Origin: Luteolibacter sp.
GTDB lineage: Bacteria; Verrucomicrobiota; Verrucomicrobiia; Verrucomicrobiales; Akkermansiaceae
DNA: 64,000 nt
Assembly (NCBI GenBank): GCA_041686775.1
Contig: JAWLDG010000013.1
Span: forward strand, 20,612 to 84,611
Direction: 5' to 3'
Shown in pieces: positions 1-10,000 of this stretch. The notes under the pieces are model-generated. The model saw only the letters and a list, made by a program, of their open reading frames with translations, was not told where the DNA came from and made no database searches. Position 1 is the first letter of the stretch. Each line of letters begins with the position of its first letter. A program made the translations under genes and the position numbers.

Positions 1-324
1 GACCTTGCCGTCCTGATAGACCGTGCGGAAATCGATGGTTTGTCCCTCGAAGTGCCTCAGCAACAGCCCGCGGCTCACCGGGTCGTTGCGATAGGATTGT
101 TCGAGGATGGAAAACGCCGCCTTGCCCGCGGGGTCGCGCAGCACCACCGAGTCCGGCTGGACCTGGGCGGTGGCGCGATCGAAGGACACGGTGTTTTCGC
201 CGGCCTTGAGGTCGAGCTTCAGCGATTCGCGGACCACCGCGAGGTTGCGGTTGTAGATAGTCAGCGCGGTTTCGGCGCTCACGGCGGTGGTCAGCGCGGC
301 GGTCAGGAGCAGGGTGGTTTTCAT
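1..324 (-). CDS. N-terminal part of a secreted hypothetical protein; the gene continues beyond the window start. Looks DUF4140/DUF4139-like by eye.
   Basis: Not in the ORF track because the window edge cuts it. Manual reverse translation from the ATG (complement of 322-324) gives MKTTLLLTAALTTAVSAETALTIYNRNLAVVRESLKLDLKAGENTVSFDRATAQVQPDSVVLRD... It has a signal-peptide-like N-terminus and GC-rich third codon positions, and it is divergent from ccoG. Confidence 0.5.
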   Translation of the reverse strand, partial: MKTTLLLTAALTTAVSAETALTIYNRNLAVVRESLKLDLKAGENTVSFDRATAQVQPDSVVLRDPAGKAAFSILEQSYRNDPVSRGLLLRHFEGQTIDFRTVYQDGKV

Positions 325-502
325 GGTTTGGTTCGGTGGGTTCAGGATCAACCAAGGAAGCGGAAGCCTCACGATTTGGCTTTCTTCTGCCTGCATGACA
401 CGCCAAGCGTGCAATTCTTGGAAGAAATTTTTGAATTCCGAAACTTTCAAGTCAGCCACTCCGCATATCCCGCCACAACGCCTGCGCGGTTTTGCGCAGG
501 CG

Positions 503-1957
503 ATGCGGAGTCCGGTCATGGACACGCATGCGATCTTTTTCAAGCCGATGGCTGCGCCCAAGCAACCGAACCTCGTATCCGTCACGACCATCAATCCGGA
601 TGGCTCGCGGTATTTCCTGCATCCGTCGGATGTGCGCGGGCGCTGGAACGTGGCACGGCGGTTGGTGGGGGTGTTGCTCATCGCGATTTACGTGCTGCTG
701 CCGTGGATTCCGATCAATGGCGCGCCGGCCGTGTTTCTGGATGTGGAAAACCGGATGTTCCACCTCTTCGGGCTGACGCTGGTGCCGCAGGACCTGTGGG
801 TGATGTTTTTCGCGGTCAGCGGGCTGGGCTTCGGGTTGTTTTTCGTCACTTCGCTGCTCGGCCGGATCTGGTGTGGCTGGGCCTGTCCCTACACGGTGTT
901 TCTCGATCATGTGTATCGCCGCATCGAGCGCTGGATCGAGGGCGACGCGCCGGCGCGCCGGGCATTGGCGGACGCGCCGTGGACCGTCGGCAAGACTTTC
1001 AAGCGGGTGGTGAAACATCTCGCATACGTACTGGTCGCGGCGGCCATCGCGCATGTGTTTCTTTCCTACTTCGTCTCGCTGCGGCGGCTTTACGGCTTCA
1101 TGCAGGAAGGTCCGATGCAGCACCTCACCGCCTTCGGCATCGTCACCTTCCTGACGCTCGTGCTGTGGTTCTGCTTCGGCTATTTCCGCGAGCAGTTCTG
1201 CATCATCATGTGCCCGTACGGCCGCCTGCAGAGCGCGCTCACCGACGACGATACCATCAATGTCGGCTACGACGTGAAACGCGGCGAGCCCCGCGGCCCG
1301 AAGGGCAGGGTGGAGGGTGACTGCATCGATTGCCACCGCTGCGTCAATGTCTGCCCGACCGGCATCGACATCCGCAACGGCCTGCAGCTCGAATGCATCG
1401 GCTGCACCGCCTGCATCGACGCCTGCGACGACGTGATGGTGAAGGTCGGGCGGCCGAAGGGACTGATCCGCTACGATTCGTTCAACGGCTTCGCCGGAAA
1501 AACTCGCCGCTTCCTGCGCCCGCGGATCTATGCCTATTGCGGTTTGGCCGCGATGGGCTTGCTGGCGCTCGCGCTGGTGGCCTCCAAGAAGGCGCGACCC
1601 TACAATGCCACGATCTCGCGCGTCGGCGGCACCGGGTTTTACAGCGATGCCCAGTCCGTGCGGAACATCTACAAGGTGCGTTTCATCAACAAACGCAACC
1701 AGACCGCCACGGTGACCATCCGGCTGGGCGGGGGGACGCCCGCGGGCTACGAACTGAGTGGCGCGGAGCAGACATTCACGGTCAACGCACAGGACGAGAT
1801 GTCGCGCACCTGCGTGGTCATCGCCCCGGCCGCCGCCTATGCGGGGCCCGCCGACATCGTGCTCGACATCCACGCCGAACCCGGCGATGTGACATTGGAA
1901 AAAACCGTTCGATTTCTCGGCCCCAATCCTTCCTCATTGCAAACCGACAACCCATGA
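503..1957 (+). CDS. ccoG: Cytochrome c oxidase accessory protein CcoG/FixG (polyferredoxin membrane protein)
   Basis: ORF 287..1957. Two 4Fe-4S motifs (CIDCHRCVNVCP and CIGCTACIDAC), several TM helices, and a C-terminal Ig-like FixG_C-type region. I prefer the ATG at 503 (MRSPVMDTH...) or 518, because the upstream residues look non-coding. Confidence 0.85.
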   Translation: MRSPVMDTHAIFFKPMAAPKQPNLVSVTTINPDGSRYFLHPSDVRGRWNVARRLVGVLLIAIYVLLPWIPINGAPAVFLDVENRMFHLFGLTLVPQDLWVMFFAVSGLGFGLFFVTSLLGRIWCGWACPYTVFLDHVYRRIERWIEGDAPARRALADAPWTVGKTFKRVVKHLAYVLVAAAIAHVFLSYFVSLRRLYGFMQEGPMQHLTAFGIVTFLTLVLWFCFGYFREQFCIIMCPYGRLQSALTDDDTINVGYDVKRGEPRGPKGRVEGDCIDCHRCVNVCPTGIDIRNGLQLECIGCTACIDACDDVMVKVGRPKGLIRYDSFNGFAGKTRRFLRPRIYAYCGLAAMGLLALALVASKKARPYNATISRVGGTGFYSDAQSVRNIYKVRFINKRNQTATVTIRLGGGTPAGYELSGAEQTFTVNAQDEMSRTCVVIAPAAAYAGPADIVLDIHAEPGDVTLEKTVRFLGPNPSSLQTDNP

Positions 1958-2103
1958 GAGCCATGAAAAAAACCGCCGCCTTCCTCGCCCGCCATCCCTG
2001 GATCTACGTGCTGCTGGCATTCGTGCTGCTCATCACCGCCTGGTCCACGCTCATCACCATCGCCGCCAAGCACTCGCCGCAGGTGATCGAGGTGAAGAGG
2101 TGA
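1954..2103 (+). CDS. Small single-TM membrane protein (49 aa) in the position usually held by FixH/CcoH
   Basis: The ATG at 1954 overlaps the ccoG stop (ATGA at 1954-1957). Product is MRAMKKTAAFLARHPWIYVLLAFVLLITAWSTLITIAAKHSPQVIEVKR, with one hydrophobic helix. Same frame as track ORF 1330..2103. Confidence 0.5.
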   Translation: MRAMKKTAAFLARHPWIYVLLAFVLLITAWSTLITIAAKHSPQVIEVKR

Positions 2104-2127
2104 TGGTCATCAGTTATCAGTTATCGA

Positions 2128-2826
2128 ATGACCACATTCGCCGCATTGGTTGTCGGGTTGGCCACGAGCCTGCATTGCGCGGGCATGTGCGGGCCGATCG
2201 CGTGCGGTCTTGGCACGCTGGCCAAGTCCGAGAGCGAGCGGCTCACCGCCGCCACGCTTTATCACGGGTCGCGGCTCCTATCCTACGCCCTCATCGGCGC
2301 GGTCTGCGGGGCGATCGGCCGCCAGCCGCTGGGGTGGTTTTTCGATTCGCCCGCGGTGCTGCTGCCGTGGGTGCTGGTGGCGGTGTTGCTGATGATGGCC
2401 TTCGGCTGGGACAAGAAGGTGCCGCGGCCGGCGCTGTTCAACCGCCTCACCGCGCGCGCCCGGCTCAAGGCGGGCGGTTTCTCGGCCTACGGCGGTGCCA
2501 CGGCGATGGGTTTGCTCACTCCGCTGTTGCCGTGCGGACCGCTGTATCTGGTATTTGGCGCGGCCCTGCTGGCGGGCTCGGCGGCGAAGGGCGCGGAGTT
2601 CTTATTGGCCTTCGGGCTTGGCACCGTGCCGCTGTTGTGGCTGGCGCAGCACTCGTTTCACCGCATCCGCGCCAGGCTCACTCCGCGGGCCATGGGGCGC
2701 TTGCGCCGCGGACTGGCCTTTGCCACCGCGCTGATGCTCATGTGGCGGCTCCACGGCACCATCCCGCCACAGTTTTACGGCGGCATGCCGGCGGAAAAGG
2801 ACGATCTGCCCGCCTGCTGCCATTGA
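2128..2826 (+). CDS. DsbD_2 / TauE-SafE-like membrane protein, often found next to ccoG
   Basis: ORF 2128..2826. N-terminal HCAGMCGPIACG motif and a polytopic hydrophobic profile. Same strand as ccoG. Confidence 0.7.
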   Translation: MTTFAALVVGLATSLHCAGMCGPIACGLGTLAKSESERLTAATLYHGSRLLSYALIGAVCGAIGRQPLGWFFDSPAVLLPWVLVAVLLMMAFGWDKKVPRPALFNRLTARARLKAGGFSAYGGATAMGLLTPLLPCGPLYLVFGAALLAGSAAKGAEFLLAFGLGTVPLLWLAQHSFHRIRARLTPRAMGRLRRGLAFATALMLMWRLHGTIPPQFYGGMPAEKDDLPACCH

Positions 2827-2874
2827 TGCCGGTTGGACGGTTGACGGATCGGGTATCGCTGCTTTGGTGACACC

Positions 2875-3651
2875 ATGACCCGATTGCTTTTGCTCGGCTT
2901 GCTGGCCGCCGTTTCCGCCCGCGCGGAACTGGTGGAGAACACCGTGACCTATCAACAGGGTGAAACCACGTTGGAAGGCTTCCATGTGTATGATGACTCG
3001 AAATCCGGGCCACGTCCCGCGGTGCTGGTGGTCCATCAGTGGACCGGGTTGTCCGATTACGAAAAGCGCCGCAGCCGCCAGCTCGCGGAGATGGGATACA
3101 ATGTGTTCGCTGCGGACATTTATGGAAAAGGCGTGCGTCCGCAGCCGCCGGAATCCGGCAAGGAGGCGGGAAAATACAAGAGCGATCGCAAACTGTTCCG
3201 TGCTCGCCTGATGGCGGCGCTGGAGGTGCTCAAGGCCGACAATCGCACCGATCCCGCGCGTGTGGCGGCGATCGGCTACTGCTTCGGCGGCACCGGCGTG
3301 CTGGAAATGGCGCGCGCGGGAGCGGATGTCGCTGGCGTGGTTTCCTTCCACGGCGGCCTTGGCGCGGCCGATGGCATGGCCGCTCCCGAAGGCGGAGTCA
3401 AAGCCAGGGTGCTGGTCCTGCACGGTGCGGTGGACCCATATGTTCCACGCGACGAGGTGGCCGCCTTCGAGGACGAAATGACCGCCGCGGGCACCGACTG
3501 GCAGCTCGTTTCCTACGGCGGCGCGGTGCACAGCTTCACCCACAGGGAAGCGGGCGACGATCCGTCCAAAGGCGCGGCCTACGATGTAAAGGCCGACCGC
3601 CGTTCATGGCAGGCGATGGAAACGTTCTTCGCCGAAATCTTCGCGGAGTGA
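2875..3651 (+). CDS. Dienelactone hydrolase family protein (secreted alpha/beta hydrolase)
   Basis: ORF 2875..3651. Signal peptide MTRLLLLGLLAAVSARA, nucleophile elbow GYCFGG, and overall DLH-like sequence (VLVVHQWTGL..., VLVLHGAVDPYV). Confidence 0.8.
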   Translation: MTRLLLLGLLAAVSARAELVENTVTYQQGETTLEGFHVYDDSKSGPRPAVLVVHQWTGLSDYEKRRSRQLAEMGYNVFAADIYGKGVRPQPPESGKEAGKYKSDRKLFRARLMAALEVLKADNRTDPARVAAIGYCFGGTGVLEMARAGADVAGVVSFHGGLGAADGMAAPEGGVKARVLVLHGAVDPYVPRDEVAAFEDEMTAAGTDWQLVSYGGAVHSFTHREAGDDPSKGAAYDVKADRRSWQAMETFFAEIFAE

Positions 3652-4088
3652 TTCGTCCGCTGAGGTTCACATGTCATGCGACGGGTGGAGCAGAGCGCTG
3701 TCTCAATCAGTTAGGTGTCGCGCGTTCATGTTCGCCCTTGATCGGAATTTTGGCGAATTCCCGGAACCGCCGGCCGGGCAGGAAATGTTCCTTGATCGCA
3801 TAGGCAATCGATTGATTGTCAAAGTAATTGGGATGGTCTGCCGCAAGCGATTTTTGTTGGCTGTCGGTCACCTTGGGTGACAGGTTTCAGGCATGGCCGA
3901 GCGGACCTTTCTCTCTCTTGCCGAGCAGGTGACGGAGGTTCTCAAAGAGGTCATGCTGGGAGTGCCACACCCAGCACGGTGACCAATTCGTTGATCACCG
4001 GAGCCACTGGCGGAACCTTCAAATTCAACGACCTCACGCTCTCCGCCATTTTCCATCTCTGCTTTGCGAGTTGTTCACTCCCTGTTTC

Positions 4089-7015
4089 ATGAAATTCCAT
4101 TACACAAGTCTTTCATTGCTGCTTTTGGCCGGCACGCTCCACGCACAGGAGCAAATCGCCGATGTCCTGAACGATCCCGCACTCAAAATGTCGCGGGCTT
4201 CGGACCGCGCGAAGATAGTGGCGCGGATCGGGGCGATTGAGAACAAACGCCTGGCTGCGGCCCACAGCAAGGCACGCAAAAAGCCGGACGGCACGATTGA
4301 GGAACTGGTCGCTTTCGAGGGGGAAAATCCGCGCTACCTCACCACCATGAATGTGAATGCGGCCATCTCGACCGGGGCGAGCTGCTGCAATCTGCACCTT
4401 ATTCCCTCCATGGCGCGGGCCTGATTGTCGGGGTATGGGATGCGGGAGTTGGCAGCGACACCCATCAGGAATTTCTCCTGCCCGGCGGGGTCTCTCGCTT
4501 GGCCAGGGTCGATTCGACCTACGTCGGCGCCCACGCCAGCCACGTCGCTGGCACGATTGCCGCAGCCGGGGTGAATCCCGCCGCGTGCGGTATGGCAAAT
4601 GCGGTCCGGATCGATGCCTATTCCCGGGCCAATGATCTCAGCGAAATGACAAGTCGTGCCGCGACCGGACCCGATCAGCAGTCTACGCATATCTATCTGT
4701 CGAACCACAGCTATGGATCGATAAGCGGTTGGAGCGGCAACATCTGGTTTGGCGATGGCACGGACGCCAACGCCGCTGAGTATGGGTTCGGCCGCTACGA
4801 GAGCTTCACCCGCAACCTCGATACGCTGGTCAGTCATGCGCCATACTATCTGGTTTTCTGGTCGGCTGGCAACGAGCGCACAGACAATCCGGAACCGGGC
4901 ACTATTGTCCGCCTCTCGCCCGTTGGCGAAGACGGCACGGAGTTGCCCGCCTACGATCCGGCAATACATCCTCCCGGCGATGGCATCTATCGAAACGGCT
5001 ACGAAACCATCTCCGCCGAAGGCATTGCCAAAAAAATCGTCACCGTAGGAGCCATCCAAGATGCGGCTAATGCCGGACTACGTGACACGGCCATGGCCAG
5101 CCTCACCGACTTCAGCTCCACTGGCCCGGCTGATGACGGACGCATCAAACCCGACCAGGTGGCCAATGGCGACAGTGTCTATTCGACCCTGGTAAGCGAT
5201 GCGGAATACGGCGTGATGAGTGGCACCAGCATGTCCTCACCCAACGCCTGCGGTTCGGCGGCCTTGCTGGTGGATCTCTACAGCAGGCTTTTCTCCGGAA
5301 GTGCCATGCGCGCCAGTACACTCAAGGGCTTGCTCATCCACACCGCGGACTATCTGGGCACCCCGGGTCCTGATTACCTCTACGGCTGGGGGCTGATCAA
5401 TGTGCGCAAGGCAGCGGATCACCTGATTTATCACGACAGTTTTCCCACCCGCCAACGTCTGACCGAAGACGAACTCACGGGCATGCTTCCTTTGAAATTC
5501 CACAGCTTCGAATGGGACGGCGTTTCGCCCCTGCGAGCGACCCTCTTCTGGACGGATCCGGCGGGGCTGGCAACCGAGGTGCACGACTCGCGGGTGCCGA
5601 CTCTGGTCAACGACCTCAATCTCAAGCTGATCGCTCCGGACGGCAGCGAATATTTCCCCTACGTCATGCCCTTCGTAGGCACATGGACCACCGAGTCGAT
5701 GGCACTGCCCGCGACCACCGGTGTAAATTACACCGACAATGTCGAGCAAATCCGTCTCAATGGCTCCGCGCAAGCCGGCACCTGGCAGGCTGTGGTGTCC
5801 TACGTCGGTCCCCCTGATCAACGAGGCCCAGGTTTACAGCCTGTTGATTTCGGAAGAGGGCGATTCCCTGAACATCGACACTGCCCCGCCAAGCCCCGAT
5901 CCTCTCGGTTGGGCGCGGTCCCCCGAAGCCGGTGCCGGACCTATCCTCAAGTCCATAGCCGGGACCTACTTTGCCGGCCGCACCGTCACCGGAGCCACGG
6001 CCAGCAACATCCCGTGGACGCTCAACGGCGTGAGCAGCCCCGGCAACCTCAAGACGACAGGGAACTTCAACCTCTTCAATACCGACAATGCACAGGACCA
6101 TTTCGCGCCGAATCGAAATTTGATCAACAATGGCCCCTGGACCCTCCAAGTCCCGCTTAACCTGAGCGATGCCTCATTCATGCTCACCGATGTCGCGCTG
6201 GACTACCAGCACTTCAACAACCTCGGCAATGATCAAAGCGCCGAGCGGACGGCGGACTGGACGGTTACCTTGACCGGTTCAAGTTCGGGCCTGCTTCGCA
6301 GCGTGGAGGTCGATGGCGTTCCTAGTTTATCCGGCATCGCCACCGCCGTCTTCGGTCCGCCACTGATGCTCAGCGATACCGAAACCTATGTCCTCTCCAT
6401 CACTGCGACCGGTGGTGATTATGCCACTCACACCGGTCTCGACGCGCTTTCCATTAACGGCCAATTCGGCATTTCCGGTGACCCCGAAACCGAAATCACC
6501 ATGACTGCGGCCACTGCCTTCGATCTCGCGGGCGTGGAGTATTACTTCACCGAAACCTCCGGCAACGTGGGTGGTGACGACAGCGGCTGGCAGGACAGCC
6601 CAGCCTACCTTGACTCCGGTCTGATCCCCGGCAACACCTACACCTACACCGTGACGACCCGGGACAAGAGCCCGATTCAAAACACCAGTTCCCCTTCCGC
6701 CCCGGCATCGCCTGGTTCCTCGGCGCGGCCAACCCGGCAGCCAATGCCACCACGCTCCTGCCAACCGCGGACCACACATCCGATCCGGACTATTTCATCT
6801 TCACCTACCGTAGCAATGAGGAGGCCGTGGCGGCTGGCGCGCAGGCATCGGTGCATTATGGCGGCAACCCAACGAACTGGCTGCCGGCGGTGCATGATGG
6901 AGTCAATGTGATCATCGATGACAGCGACGACACCGTGGAAGTGTGGATTCGACGCGCCCTGGCCCAGGACGGCAGGCTTTTCACCCGCCTCAAGGTGGTG
7001 ATGCCGCCGCCGTGA
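4089..7015 (+). pseudogene. Subtilisin/kexin-like S8 serine peptidase with a P-domain and C-terminal extension, interrupted by three frameshifts
   Basis: Four track ORFs (4071..4424, 4499..6160, 5739..6911, 6827..7015) join into one sensible protein. It has a signal peptide MKFHYTSLSLLLLAGTLHAQ, catalytic Asp (GLIVGVWDAG), His (HASHVAGT) and Ser (SGTSMSSP), and a P-domain end GTWQAVVSYVG/PLINEAQVYSLLISEEG. The frame changes sit at G4 4374-4377, C5 5810-5814 and C4 6700-6703. Confidence 0.8.
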
Positions 7016-7059
7016 GACGGCATCTCTGCACGGAATGATCGTTCATTGTCAGGATTCGC

Positions 7060-10000
7060 CTATTGGCCGAGCAACCGGTTTCCGAACAGCAGGAACACGG
7101 CGAGCAGCAGGAAGAGCACGGCGAGGGCGATCTTGACGGTGAAGGTGTGCTTTCGCTGGAAGGAAATGAGCGATTCGGAGCGCAGGCCGCCGTAGGCGAG
7201 GAGGAAGATGACGATGAGCGGGAGGATGAAGGCGAGGTTGTAGATGGCGAGCCAGAGCACGGCGTCGAGGCGGCCCTGGTGGATCTGATAGACGATGGGC
7301 GCGTAAACCTGGCCGGTGCAGGCGAGTTCGAGGAACGAAATGACGATGCCGGAGAGGAAGGCGGCGATGACGAAGCGGCGGGCGCGCGCGCCGCTGCGGA
7401 TCACGCCGCGGATGCGGTCCTTGAGCATGGCGGGGAGTTGGAGGGTCATCTCGTCCATGCGGCCGGCGCGGGCGCTCAGGGCGTCGCGGAACGAAAGCGC
7501 GGCGGCGACCAGTGCGAGCGCGGCGAAAACGAGATTGAGCCACTTTTGCAGTCCGCCGATGCGGGCGTGGAGCACGTCGAGAAACTGATGGAAGATGAAT
7601 CCCGCCGAGAAGTAGGCGAGGAACACGGCGGAAATGAAGGCAAAGCCTGTTAGAAGCATTTCGCGCGGCGTGCGGCGCGCGATCTGGAGGTAGGACAGGA
7701 AGAAGATGATGGTGGCGAAAGCGCAGGGGTTGATGCCGTCGAGCAGGCCGGCAATGAGCACCACCGGCAGGGTGAGCGCCTGATAGCGACGGTCCACCTC
7801 GCGCTCCGCCTCAACCGCCTCGGCGGTTTCGATTTCGCGCCACGAATCGTCCTGATCGATGGCCATGGTGTCGGCCAGCAACTTGGTCACGGCGGCGGGG
7901 GTGATTTCCGGGCCGATGACGAATCCCGCCTGGGTGAAAATCGCCGGCGCGACCGTCTGGCGGGTGGATGGGACATCGAGACGGTTGCAGAGCGCCTGGT
8001 TGAGCACGGTGCCATCGGGCGAGAGGATGTTGTGCTCGATCACGCGCAGCAGCGGGAAGTCGCCGCGCAGGCTGTCGAGCATCTGGCGGGCCTTGGCGCA
8101 GTCGGCGCAGCCGGGTTTGAGGAAATAGACGACATCGAGCGATTCGCGTACGATTTCCCGGTCGTCGTTTTTCTCCGGTGCCAGCAGCGGTCCATCGGTT
8201 GTTTCGGAGTCCGGCACGGCGGCCTTGGCGAGATCGGCGAAGGTGAAGAGGCCGTTCGCGAGTCCCGGATTGACGCGTGCGTTGAGGAGCTTGAGCTTGT
8301 CCGAATCGATCGTGGAGGTGTCGATCACGGTGAGCAGGGGACGCAGCGCGGGGGTGGCGCGTTCGGCGTTTTCCTCGAGCCAATCGGCGATGCGCCGGGC
8401 GGAGTTGTTGTCCTTCGGTTGTTGCGGCAGGAGTTTGGCGAAGGCGTCGAAGTCGATGGACGAACCGCGGGTGAGCAGGGCGAACGAGGACTCGAAGCGG
8501 ACCAGCGGCGAGGGGTCGGTGGCGGCGAGTTTGCCCAAGAGGGCGGTGGTTTCCTCATTGATCCGCGGCGGGGTGGCATTGCGGCCATAGACGTAGTGGT
8601 TGTCGCGCGTCGAGAGGGCATCGGTGAAGTAGTGTTGCCACGAATAGTTCTGGCGGATGACGCGGTCCGGCAGGACGGCGCGGACCAGCGCCTCGGGGTC
8701 TTCGGCGATGGCGGCGGCGGCTTTGTTGAGGTCGGCCGTGCGCAGGCTGAGCAGCGCGTGCCACGCGGCGCGGCGGACGAGAGGTTCGGCGCTCTTGGTG
8801 TTTTGATCTAACAATCTCCGTACGGATGTATCCGCGCAGTGGCGGGCGGCGACGCAGGCGAGCACCTTGAGCGGCACCTCCGCCTGCGTGTCGCCGAGCA
8901 CTTCGACGCACCACGGGCGCATCATCGACGACATCGAGCGGGCGATGGATTCGAAGCGGTAATCGTAAGCCTCGTTCGGTTGCAGCGGCGCGGCGGGATC
9001 GCTGAGGTCCTCGAAGACCAGCGAGATGAGCGCCTTGGCCTGCTCGTTGGAAAGCGCGCAGCGGATCGCGGCCGAGCGGACTTCCGCCACCGGATCGCGA
9101 AGCAGCGCGGTGAGCAGCGGCAACGCGCCGGCGGACGAGGGTTCATACAACTGATAGCAGATGGTCGTTTTGCGGGAGGTGTCGTAATCCGGCAGTTCTT
9201 CGAGGAGTTTGGCATATCCCTCGTCGTGGCCTGCGCGGGCGAGTTGCAGCGCAGCGTGGAATCGCTGGCCGGGCGAGCTTTCGGGCGTGAGCCGGGCTTT
9301 GAGCGCGACGAGAAGTTCGCCCATGTCGGATTGCGGCAGGGATGGAAGCAGCGCGGAGTTCTCCGATGCCTCGCCGAAGGGGACGAGGAAGGCGTCGTAG
9401 AGCGGATCGAGCGCGGTGGGTTCGCGCGATCCTTGGATAAGTTCGGCGACCGTGAGCAGGCGGCGATCGACCGCGCCACCTTTCGACGGCGGCAGTCGAA
9501 GGTTTTCCAAAATGACATCGGCCTTGGCGGGTGCCGCGTCGTCCTTCAGCGCGGCGACCAGCAGGCCGAGCGTGGCGGGGAGTTTGACGTGATCGTCGTC
9601 GGCAGCGAGCGCGCGCAGGGCGATGCAGGCGACGTCGGTGTCGGAATCGGCGGCGAAGCGCTGGAGCAGTTCGACCGGCGGCGAGCTTTCCGAAATGGCG
9701 CGGACGGTCGCCATGCGGACTTCGGCGGGTGAGGCATCGAGCGCGGCGAGCATTTCGGCATCCGGCTTGCGTTTCATGGCACCGTAGGCCGCGAACACCA
9801 TCGGGATCATCGCGGGGTCGTCCGCCATCTTGCGTTTCAACTGCGGCAGGGCGTCGGTGGCCGCGAGTGCGACGCAGGCCTTGATGGCGGCGGAGCGGAC
9901 GAACTCGTCGGGATCGTCGAGCAAGGCGACGGCCCTCCCGCGTGCCGCGCGGGTCTTGCGTTTCTCGATGTATTCGAGCGCGGCGGCGCGGACCCGCCAG

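Noticed and set aside
431-450. TTGAA-N10-TTCAA in the AT-rich ccoG upstream region as a possible FNR/FixK box
   Set aside because: Only the outer 5 nt are symmetric, and the spacing does not fit the TTGAT-N4-ATCAA consensus. The evidence is too weak to call.
40-1873. ORFs 40..1320 (+, 426 aa) and 452..1873 (-, 473 aa)
   Set aside because: These are alternative-frame or antisense readings over ccoG and the upstream divergent gene. They are Arg/Gly/Ala/Pro-rich with no motifs. CcoG, with its ferredoxin motifs, explains the region.
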